NCBI GenBank assembly: GCA_938082855.1 | Contig: CALKCC010000082.1 | Location: forward strand, 179-64,178 | Direction of reading: 5' to 3' | Source: an uncultured Pirellulaceae bacterium | Lineage (GTDB): Bacteria > Planctomycetota > Planctomycetia > Pirellulales > Pirellulaceae | DNA length: 64,000 nt | In this document: positions 35,839 to 43,536 of the stretch, piece after piece | Position numbering within the stretch: the first letter of the stretch is position 1 | Layout of the letters: every line of letters begins with the position of its first letter | Notes under the pieces: generated by a model | Told to the model about the DNA's origin: nothing | Databases searched by the model: none | What the model saw: only the letters and a program-made list of their open reading frames with translations | Made by a program: the position numbers and the translations under genes

Positions 35839-36005
35839 AATAAGTGACACCCACTCAATCGACGCCCGCGGAAGCTCAAATCCTTTCCAATCCGGTGCCA
35901 CCCACTCGACTCTACGCCAAAATCCACTTCAAAATAGGTGACACCCACTCTTGTTGTTCGCCAAAAGTACCCAAAACCAGCGGAAATGGGTGGGTGTCAC
36001 CTATT
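35839..36005. repeat. Composite repeat element, copy 2 (GTG[A/C]CACCCACTC boxes)
   Basis: Boxes start at 35844, 35895 and 35938 (spacings 51 and 43 nt). Perfect 16-bp inverted repeat AATAGGTGACACCCAC at 35933-35948 / 35990-36005. The core 35890-35952 is 55/63 identical to 15329-15391. Confidence 0.85.
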
Positions 36006-36477
36006 CTGGAGTTTTTGTTCGTGATCGGAGCCATAAGTAGACTAAGCTGGCCAGGCCGAGCAAAGAAATGTACCGTATGGGTCCTGACTCGAAGACGATC
36101 GTCGCAGAAACGATAATCAGTAGCATGTAGCAATGGACAATTCGAGTCCACCAAGAGTGGGTGGCACCGGATGTGGCACCGGATGTGCAGTCGATAGCCC
36201 AGACGAGTAGGAACAGATAGTTGAAATAGATGCCATATTCGAATGACAGGCCAGTGACGGTTTTCGTTTCCTCAATCGTGTGTATAACGGCGGCCTGGTG
36301 ACTCCAATGGTGTACAAAGTGAAAGGCACAAATCACATGAACGATTGCAAAAAGACAGCCACAACGCCATAGATTTTTAAACGTTTTTTGGCGATTCGCA
36401 GGATCCTCAACAAGAATCTGAACGACGATTGCCGATGCGTAGAAAGCTAGCGAGATCCATATTGTCCAGATGACCAT
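36001..36477 (-). CDS. Hypothetical small membrane protein (about 5 TM)
   Basis: 158-aa ORF with hydrophobic segments (IWISLAFYASAIVVQILV, CLFAIVHVICAFHF, YLFLLVWAI, CYMLLIIVSATIVF, ISLLGLASLVYLWL). It contains a repeat fragment, and its 3' end overlaps repeat copy 2, so the exact extent is uncertain. Confidence 0.5.
   Translation of the reverse strand: MVIWTIWISLAFYASAIVVQILVEDPANRQKTFKNLWRCGCLFAIVHVICAFHFVHHWSHQAAVIHTIEETKTVTGLSFEYGIYFNYLFLLVWAIDCTSGATSGATHSWWTRIVHCYMLLIIVSATIVFESGPIRYISLLGLASLVYLWLRSRTKTPE
36156..36184. repeat. Repeat-box fragment plus exact 12-bp tandem duplication inside a CDS
   Basis: The 17-mer AGTGGGTGGCACCGGAT (36156-36172) is identical to 15440-15456. GTGGCACCGGAT occurs twice in tandem (36161-36172 and 36173-36184). 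Confidence 0.8.
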
Positions 36478-36613
36478 TTTTCGAGCTCAAAAAAACCTAT
36501 TTTGGGGCTTCATCTATTAGATTTACCCCCTTTTGTGAGAGCAAGAACGAGTCTAAAATATTTGATTCCCAGTGGATGTTTTACGTCACCTAATAAGAAA
36601 GTCAAAATAGACG

Positions 36614-36817
36614 ATGCCAAAGCAGAAAACCCACAAGGGAACCAAGAAACGATTCCGTTTGACAGCCAAGGGCAAAGCCAAGCACCGTAGTGCTGGTACA
36701 AGTCACCTGGCTGGAGCTGTCTCCAATAAGCGTAGACGAAACCTGCGTGGAACGACAGTTCAGGCTACTTGCGATGAGAAAAAAATCGCAAAAGCACTCA
36801 ACGGTTACAGCAACTAA
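36614..36817 (+). CDS. rpmI: 50S ribosomal protein L35
   Basis: 67 aa, MPKQKTHKGTKKRFRLTAKGK...; typical bL35 sequence and size. Confidence 0.95.
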   Translation: MPKQKTHKGTKKRFRLTAKGKAKHRSAGTSHLAGAVSNKRRRNLRGTTVQATCDEKKIAKALNGYSN

Positions 36818-36947
36818 CATTGCTGTCACCAGTCGCACATTCTTAGTGTTTCCCTAAGATCTGAATTAACTACAACCAATACCAGCCGCGTGGGCATAGA
36901 ACGTTCTCAAGAGAGAAGGCCTGACGAGGTAACAAGGAGCGAAAGCT

Positions 36948-37304
36948 ATGAGAACTACATACGGTGCAGCTCGTGCCAAGGCAAAACGCCGTCTTTTCAA
37001 GCGAGCCAAGGGAAATCGAGGCGGACGTAAAAACTTACTCCGCACAGTCAAAGAAACAGAAGTACGTTCAGGTGCTTATTCGTATCGTGACCGTAAGGTC
37101 CGTGCTCGAGACTTCCGACGTCTTTGGATCACTCGTTTGAGTGCTGCCTGTCGAGCTCATGACATGCGATACAGCCAATTCATTCATGGATTGAATAAAG
37201 CTAACATCCAACTGGATCGTAAGTCACTTAGCGAAATGGCGATTCACGACCCAGCAGGTTTTGAAGCAGTCGTTGACATTGTTAAAGCTGCTCTTGCCGG
37301 CTAA
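36948..37304 (+). CDS. rplT: 50S ribosomal protein L20
   Basis: 118 aa, ...[28 protein letters not shown]...[21 protein letters not shown]; AAGGAG lies upstream of the ATG. Confidence 0.97.
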   Translation: MRTTYGAARAKAKRRLFKRAKGNRGGRKNLLRTVKETEVRSGAYSYRDRKVRARDFRRLWITRLSAACRAHDMRYSQFIHGLNKANIQLDRKSLSEMAIHDPAGFEAVVDIVKAALAG

Positions 37305-37339
37305 CGCCAATCTTCGCACAATGCAGATTGAACCACGTT

Positions 37340-37382
37340 CAGGAGAGGAAGTCAGCTAGACTTTGCTCTCCTGTTCTTTTTT
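37340..37382 (+). terminator. Rho-independent terminator/attenuator between rplT and pheS
   Basis: Stem CAGGAGAG (37340-37347) / CTCTCCTG (37366-37373), extended by AAGTC/GACTT, followed by TTCTTTTTT. Confidence 0.7.
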
Positions 37383-37412
37383 AACCCTCAAATTCCTTTC
37401 AGAAACTTCAAC

Positions 37413-38444
37413 ATGGCACTGCAGGAATTTCTCGATCAACTCGACCAACTTGTCTCTGAAGCAGAAACCAATTTTGGTGCTGCCGAAAGTACTGATGCAC
37501 TGGAAGAAGCTCGCATCGAATTCCTAGGAGCAAAGAACGGAAAGCTCAAAGCCGTTCAAAAGCTCATGGGTACGGTAGAAAAGCAAGACAAGCCAGTTGC
37601 AGGTAAGACTTTTAACGAAACCAAAGGCCGAATTGAATCCGCTTTTGAAGTTGCCCATGCGCGAATTCAGGGCGACGGGAGCGACACCGAACGAGACTCA
37701 CAATTCGATCCTTCCCTTCCCGGGGCTGGTTTTAAGATTGGTCGAGTTCACCCCATCACTCAAACCATCGAAGAACTCAAGGACATCATGGGCCGGCTCG
37801 GATTCTCTACCGTAGATGGTCCGGAAATCGAGGACGACTGGCATAATTTTGTTGCACTCAATATCCCGGATGACCATCCGGCTCGGGATCCCTTAGAGAA
37901 CTTCTATCTGGCGACTGCCGAAGCAAATTCCGGCGAGAAAAATCCGGTCGATTTGTTATTGAGAAGCCAGACGAGTACGGTGCAAATTCGGGTCATGGAA
38001 AAAACGAAGCCTCCGATTCGAATCATCTCGCTAGGACGCGTCTACCGACCCGACACAGCGGATGCGACTCACTATCCGATGTTCCATCAAATTGAAGGTT
38101 TGATGATTGACACCAACGTTACCATGGCTGATCTCAAAAGCGTCCTGCGTTTGTTTGCTACCAGCTATCTAGGCGACGATGTGACCATTCGATTCCGCCC
38201 TTCATTCTTCCCATTCACCGAACCCAGCGTTGAAGCCGACTACTATTGGAATGGCCAATGGATCGAGTTTGGCGGTGCCGGTATGGTAGATCCCAATGTC
38301 CTCACCGCGGTCGGATACGATCCGGAAGAGGTAACCGGATTTGCTTTCGGCTTGGGCGTCGAACGCTTATGTATGCGACGACACGGGATCACCGATATTC
38401 GCGAGTTTTACAAAAACGACGTGCGATTCCTTGCTCAGTTTTAA
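37413..38444 (+). CDS. pheS: Phenylalanine--tRNA ligase alpha subunit
   Basis: 343 aa. Class II motifs (HPARD; [10 protein letters not shown]; [12 protein letters not shown]; GAGMVDPNV; FGLGVERL). Confidence 0.97.
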   Translation: MALQEFLDQLDQLVSEAETNFGAAESTDALEEARIEFLGAKNGKLKAVQKLMGTVEKQDKPVAGKTFNETKGRIESAFEVAHARIQGDGSDTERDSQFDPSLPGAGFKIGRVHPITQTIEELKDIMGRLGFSTVDGPEIEDDWHNFVALNIPDDHPARDPLENFYLATAEANSGEKNPVDLLLRSQTSTVQIRVMEKTKPPIRIISLGRVYRPDTADATHYPMFHQIEGLMIDTNVTMADLKSVLRLFATSYLGDDVTIRFRPSFFPFTEPSVEADYYWNGQWIEFGGAGMVDPNVLTAVGYDPEEVTGFAFGLGVERLCMRRHGITDIREFYKNDVRFLAQF

Positions 38445-38504
38445 TCACCTCCTGTCAGTTATTACCTATTCATCAGACCGAATTTAACCGCCTAAAGTAG
38501 TACC

Positions 38505-40541
38505 ATGCTCGTTTCCTGGAATTGGCTTAAACAATACGTTGCTCTCGATATGGATCGTGAAGAGCTGGAGAACCGGCTTGCCATGTCCGGCCTGAACCAT
38601 GAGGGTACGGAAACGGTCTTTGATGATCTAGCCATTGACCTCGAGGTCACAAGCAACCGCCCTGATTGCCTCGGCCATATCGGTGTCGCCCGGGAAATCG
38701 CAGTACTATACAACCTTCCGTTTTCGATACCCACTCCGGCTCCCCAAGCCACAGGGCCAGACGTCAATGCAGGATTTGGCCTGACGATCGAATCACCCGA
38801 GCTATGCCCTCGTTACACAGGCCGCATCATCCGCGGCGTCACTATTGGTGAGAGTCCTGCGTGGATGCAGGAACAGCTACGGACAGTTTTTGCCCCGGTC
38901 AACAAAGACTGGAAGCCTGTCAACAACGTCGTGGATATCACCAACTACGTACTCATGGAATGTGGGCAGCCACTCCACGCCTTCGATCTCGCTAAGCTTC
39001 AGGGACAGCAGATCATTGTCCGAGCGGCTCATGATGGCGAAGAATTCGAGGCCATTGACCATCACACTTACAAACTAACACCAGACATGTGTGTGATTGC
39101 AGATGCTAATCGGCCCGTCGCCATTGCCGGAGTAATGGGTGGTGCCGACAGCGAAGTCAGCGATTCAACTGTCGACGTGCTAATCGAATCTGCCGCCTTT
39201 TCTTCGATGGCAACACGTGCCACATCCCGAGCCCTCAATCTCCATAGCCCCGCTTCGTACCGTTTTGAACGAGCACTCGACCCTGAAGGCATTGAATGGG
39301 CCGCCAATCGAGCGTGCGAGCTGATACTGGAACACTGCGGCGGGACGCTTGACGAAGGCTGGCTCGATGCCGGTGCAACGACCTGGTCGCCAGAACCCGT
39401 TGTCATGCGACTTTCGCAGGTCGAGCGGATTCTGGGGATTTCGATTGATCGAGAAGAAGTTAAACGCATTCTGCTCGCACTCGGCAATACAGAAACCGCC
39501 AGCGATGACGCATCCCTGACCGTAACGCCACCAACCTGGCGTCGAGACTTAGCCCGCGAAGCGGACCTGCTAGAGGAAATCGCTCGAATCTATGGATACG
39601 AGAAAATTCCGGAGGATGTCGGCGTGCCAATGGCAGCATCCTTCAAGAGTGATTGGGATCGTGTCGCAGCCAAACTACGAACCACAATGACCGCCATCGG
39701 TTTTGATGAATCACTAACCGCCAGCGTCGTGCCTAACGAGTGGACACAAGTCTATAGTCCTTGGTCTGAAAAAGCCCCATTGCGAACTGCTTCGCCAATG
39801 CTCAAAGGAGCTGATGCCTTACGAACCAGTCTTGTTCCCAGTCTTCTAGAGGTTCGCCGAATCAATCAATCACTGGCCAACCCAAATGTAGAACTATTCG
39901 AGACGGCAAAGGTCTATTTGCCACAGGACGAAGGGCTGCCGCAAGAGCAGTGGACACTGGGTATTACCAGTGGGCAGGGCTTTAGTCATCTCAAGGGAGT
40001 CATTGAAACCGTTCTTCAAGCCCTCAAGATTGATGGTCAGTTAGAAGTAGATTCGACCTCTCAAGATCTTTTGCACGCAGATTACAGTGCCTCGCTTAAA
40101 TTGAACGGTGAGCATTTTGGATTTCTAGGCGAGGTGAATACTGCAGGGCTGAAATCATTTTCACTTCGAAACCCAGCTACAGTTGCCGAAATCCGCATGG
40201 ACTTGCTCGTCCAACATGCCACGCTGATTCCACAGCACTCGCAGTTAAGTAACTTCCCAGCTACAACTCGCGACTTAAACATCGTGCTGGCAGAAACCGT
40301 ACGCTGGGATGCACTAGCTGCCACCGTTCGAAACGCTGTCGACGCTAGTTTACTTGAGGATATTACTTATCAGGAAACTTATCGAGATCCTGAGCGTGAC
40401 GGTGCAGATGTAAAACGAGTTCTATTCACTGTGAAATTACGTCGCACGGACCAAACCATGACCAGCGAAGAGGCCGATGCCGTACGTGGTCAGATCGTTG
40501 CGGCCATCGAGGCTGAATTAGGCGGCAAATTGCTTGGTTAA
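38505..40541 (+). CDS. pheT: Phenylalanine--tRNA ligase beta subunit (short form, apparently lacking the B2 OB-fold domain)
   Basis: 678 aa. B1-like start MLVSWNWLKQYV, NRPDCLGHIGVAREIA already at ~aa 50, B3/4, B5 (TPPTWRRDL) and the C-terminal FDX-ACB domain are present. Confidence 0.95.
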   Translation: MLVSWNWLKQYVALDMDREELENRLAMSGLNHEGTETVFDDLAIDLEVTSNRPDCLGHIGVAREIAVLYNLPFSIPTPAPQATGPDVNAGFGLTIESPELCPRYTGRIIRGVTIGESPAWMQEQLRTVFAPVNKDWKPVNNVVDITNYVLMECGQPLHAFDLAKLQGQQIIVRAAHDGEEFEAIDHHTYKLTPDMCVIADANRPVAIAGVMGGADSEVSDSTVDVLIESAAFSSMATRATSRALNLHSPASYRFERALDPEGIEWAANRACELILEHCGGTLDEGWLDAGATTWSPEPVVMRLSQVERILGISIDREEVKRILLALGNTETASDDASLTVTPPTWRRDLAREADLLEEIARIYGYEKIPEDVGVPMAASFKSDWDRVAAKLRTTMTAIGFDESLTASVVPNEWTQVYSPWSEKAPLRTASPMLKGADALRTSLVPSLLEVRRINQSLANPNVELFETAKVYLPQDEGLPQEQWTLGITSGQGFSHLKGVIETVLQALKIDGQLEVDSTSQDLLHADYSASLKLNGEHFGFLGEVNTAGLKSFSLRNPATVAEIRMDLLVQHATLIPQHSQLSNFPATTRDLNIVLAETVRWDALAATVRNAVDASLLEDITYQETYRDPERDGADVKRVLFTVKLRRTDQTMTSEEADAVRGQIVAAIEAELGGKLLG

Positions 40542-40698
40542 CCTAAGCCTCTGCCAAGTATCACTTTGATTCCGAATCTGGCGTCTGGATTTCTCCGGCC
40601 GGTGGCCTAACTGGTCTTGCCTGAATTGGCAAACTTCATCACAGTACCCTCCCTCTCATCTTTAAGACATTGCCTCTTCCTGTGGGTAACATGTACCG

Positions 40699-41754
40699 GT
40701 GTCCACATACGCCTTCCTAATCTGGTTATTACTCTCTCCTGCGGATGCAACAGATAGTCCGGTGGTAGTGCATTTCACGGCGCCTTGGTGTGCGGCATGC
40801 CAGAAGATGAAACCGACAATCAAGACGTTACAGACTCTTGGTTATGACATCAGGACGGTGGACGTCACTAAAAATGAAGCGTTGGCCAAGCGATACGGTG
40901 TAGAAGAGTTACCAACCACCGTGATCGTCCACCACGGAAAAATCAAAGACCGTACGCTCGGCCTGCTCAGCAAGAAGGACTTCGAAGCATTCCTCCGCAA
41001 GCACCATGCTGAAAAGTCGCCACCTCGAATCATCGAACCTGTGACGACAATATCCCGTGCCGCTTTCGTTGAAGGCAACTTCCAGAAAGCCACTCAATCC
41101 CGTTGGATTAGCGTGAATCGGGCAGGTGCACCCTCTTTGACACAAGTGCTTCCAAACTCTCCGGGACGACAACTACTCAAGGCAACGGTCCGAATTGAAC
41201 TAAGAGATGATGCCGGCGTTTCCTTCGGGAGCGGTACAATCATTCACGCTCAAAATAATCGCGCGTTGGTCGCCACCTGCGGACATCTATTTCGGGGCAT
41301 GCAGAAGACTCAGCCCATCTCCGTGGACGTGTTTTATCCACAGGGCGAACAGCGTGTCCAGGGGCGAATTCTAATCAGTGACGCGGACAAATATGATGTC
41401 GCATTAATGACCATTCCTTACCAAGGAGAGATCACTCCCATTGCTTTGGACATTGACGCTCAACCCACACAAGGACAGCGAGTGTTTACGGCAGGTTGCA
41501 ATCATGGCAACAAGCCAACTTTGCAAAGGAGCCAGGTCAATTCAATTAACCGATACGACGGCCCGGAGAACATCCAAACTCAAGGCGCCCCTGTCGGTGG
41601 ACGCAGTGGGGGTGGCCTAGTGAATCAGGATGGAAAGCTCATTGGTATTTGCAATGCAGCGGATTTGGAAGATGACGAAGGGTTTTACGTCAGTGCCAAG
41701 TATGTCCATCTAATGATGAAGCGTCTTGGCATCGAAGATTTGGTCGCCCCTTAG
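40699..41754 (+). CDS. Exported thioredoxin-domain / trypsin-like serine protease fusion protein
   Basis: GTG start. N-terminal hydrophobic segment. Thioredoxin motif FTAPWCAACQ. C-terminal S1-like triad contexts ATCGHLF (His), YDVALM (Asp) and GGRSGGGLV (Ser). Confidence 0.75.
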   Translation: MSTYAFLIWLLLSPADATDSPVVVHFTAPWCAACQKMKPTIKTLQTLGYDIRTVDVTKNEALAKRYGVEELPTTVIVHHGKIKDRTLGLLSKKDFEAFLRKHHAEKSPPRIIEPVTTISRAAFVEGNFQKATQSRWISVNRAGAPSLTQVLPNSPGRQLLKATVRIELRDDAGVSFGSGTIIHAQNNRALVATCGHLFRGMQKTQPISVDVFYPQGEQRVQGRILISDADKYDVALMTIPYQGEITPIALDIDAQPTQGQRVFTAGCNHGNKPTLQRSQVNSINRYDGPENIQTQGAPVGGRSGGGLVNQDGKLIGICNAADLEDDEGFYVSAKYVHLMMKRLGIEDLVAP

Positions 41755-42317
41755 AACTCCACTCGCATTGGGCGTTCAGCAACCCGCCCAACTTCTTCCG
41801 GCCCACGGCGTTGTCCGTACTGTGGCCAGGCAGACAGTCCTTCCAATTCCGGCATTAAGTCCACCAATTGTGCGACAAGTGTTTCAGCCAAGGCAGACAT
41901 CTTATCCGAATTCGCCTCTTCACTAATACTCACAGCACTACGCATGATCCGCACCATCGCGGCTCGTTTCTTAATGGGATTGTCCAAAGTGGACTCTGGC
42001 TCTTCAATCAAATTCGCCACTGGTACGTCTAATGCCTTGCTCCATTTTGATAATTCGGTAAGCGTTAGATTGGCGGTTGGCTTTTCCTGTTTACGTAATG
42101 TGCGAACATCGACACCAGTATGTCGAGAAACACTGCGTAGAGTCATTTCCTGTTGTTCCCGCACAAATGCAATGCGATTCACGGCGTGGTCAGCCTGTTC
42201 AACAGGCAGAGAAAATTTCCGTTTGTGTGCTGCTGGTTTAACTTCCTGCTTGGCTCGCTTCATGGAAGACGGAGCTAAAGCGTCGAGAAGATTAAATTGG
42301 AGATCTACAGTTGCCAT
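41751..42317 (-). CDS. Helix-turn-helix (XRE-like) DNA-binding protein
   Basis: HTH segment MTLRSVSRHTGVDVRTLRKQEK...LTLTELSKWSKALDV. The start is taken at ATG 42317 (MATVDLQ), though a TTG at 42338 is possible. The stop overlaps the convergent gene's stop (TTAG at 41751-41754). Confidence 0.6.
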   Translation of the reverse strand: MATVDLQFNLLDALAPSSMKRAKQEVKPAAHKRKFSLPVEQADHAVNRIAFVREQQEMTLRSVSRHTGVDVRTLRKQEKPTANLTLTELSKWSKALDVPVANLIEEPESTLDNPIKKRAAMVRIMRSAVSISEEANSDKMSALAETLVAQLVDLMPELEGLSAWPQYGQRRGPEEVGRVAERPMRVEF

Positions 42318-42594
42318 GGGAGTGGGACCTTTTCGCAAAAACCAAATTCATTGCTTACCCCCGTTAGACGCGCTAATGCCGCTGCGCGTTCCATTGAAAA
42401 ATTAAAAATATCCTAATTTCTTTGGTAACCCTTTAAGTCTAAACCTGTTGCCCATTTGTCCCTAAAATACAGCGCCGGCTCAGAATTCTGACGATTGTCG
42501 TTGAACCTGATGTTCTAACGTTAATCATGGTTACAAATCGCCAATAACCGTTGCATAATGGACAGACAAACATATTTACTTCGTAGCGAATTCA

Positions 42595-42987
42595 ATGACG
42601 ACTGATCAACAACCACAGGGGCCGGATTTCACTCGTAATGAGGGGCTTTTACCTGCCATTGCCCAGGATGCGGATTCAGGCAAAATCCTAATGATGGCCT
42701 GGATGAATGCGGAAGCTTATCAGGAGACCGTACAAACCGGACGAGCTGTTTACTTCAGTCGGAGCCGACAGAGGCTTTGGCGCAAAGGTGAAGAGAGCGG
42801 TCATGTACAAGTGGTAGAACAGATTTTAGTCGATTGTGATCGTGACACCATTCTGATGAAGGTCCGTCAAACCGGCGCGGCCTGCCATGAGGGATATGAA
42901 AGTTGCTTCTTTCGCGAGGTAACTGAGGATGGGCTTAACACAATTGAAACCCGACTCGTCGATCCCAACGACGTCTATCAAAAATAG
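42595..42987 (+). CDS. hisI: Phosphoribosyl-AMP cyclohydrolase (monofunctional)
   Basis: 130 aa with motifs [33 protein letters not shown] and VDCDRDTIL...GAACH. Confidence 0.92.
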   Translation: MTTDQQPQGPDFTRNEGLLPAIAQDADSGKILMMAWMNAEAYQETVQTGRAVYFSRSRQRLWRKGEESGHVQVVEQILVDCDRDTILMKVRQTGAACHEGYESCFFREVTEDGLNTIETRLVDPNDVYQK

Positions 42988-43029
42988 TCTCAGGTCCCCC
43001 TGAACAAATCAACAACAAGGATTCCTCTA

Positions 43030-43497
43030 ATGAGCGCTGATGCAAAAATTCAAGAACTAGGACTCGAACTACCTCCCGCTCCCAAGCCTGGCGGCGTATA
43101 TAAACCTCTCGTCATTAGCGGTAATATGTGCTACGTTTCCGGCCACGGTCCCCTTCGTCCGGACGGTACCATGTTTACCGGTCGAGTCGGAGCCGACGTC
43201 GACTTGGAATATGGCTATCAGTCCGCACGCCAAACTGGTCTCGCAATCTTGGCGACACTCAAAGCCAATTTAGGAAGCCTTGACCGAATCAACAAAGTCG
43301 TCAAAACACTGGGTATGGTGAACTGTAGCCCTGACTTCGGCGAACAGCCAAAAGTCATCAATGGCTATAGCGACCTGATGGCTGAAATCTTCGGACCGGA
43401 CAATGGAGTCGGTGCTCGCAGTGCCGTCGGAATGGGAGCGTTGCCTGGTAATATCACCACCGAAATCGAAGTGATTTTTGAATTGAACGACGAGTAA
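43030..43497 (+). CDS. RidA/YjgF-family protein
   Basis: 155 aa. The pattern LPPAPKPGGVYKP...SGHGP...ARSAVGMGALPGNITTEIEVIFEL is typical of the RidA superfamily. Confidence 0.85.
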   Translation: MSADAKIQELGLELPPAPKPGGVYKPLVISGNMCYVSGHGPLRPDGTMFTGRVGADVDLEYGYQSARQTGLAILATLKANLGSLDRINKVVKTLGMVNCSPDFGEQPKVINGYSDLMAEIFGPDNGVGARSAVGMGALPGNITTEIEVIFELNDE

Positions 43498-43536
43498 TTC
43501 CCTTTTTCTCCACTGCAAAACTTCTGAGACATCTTC

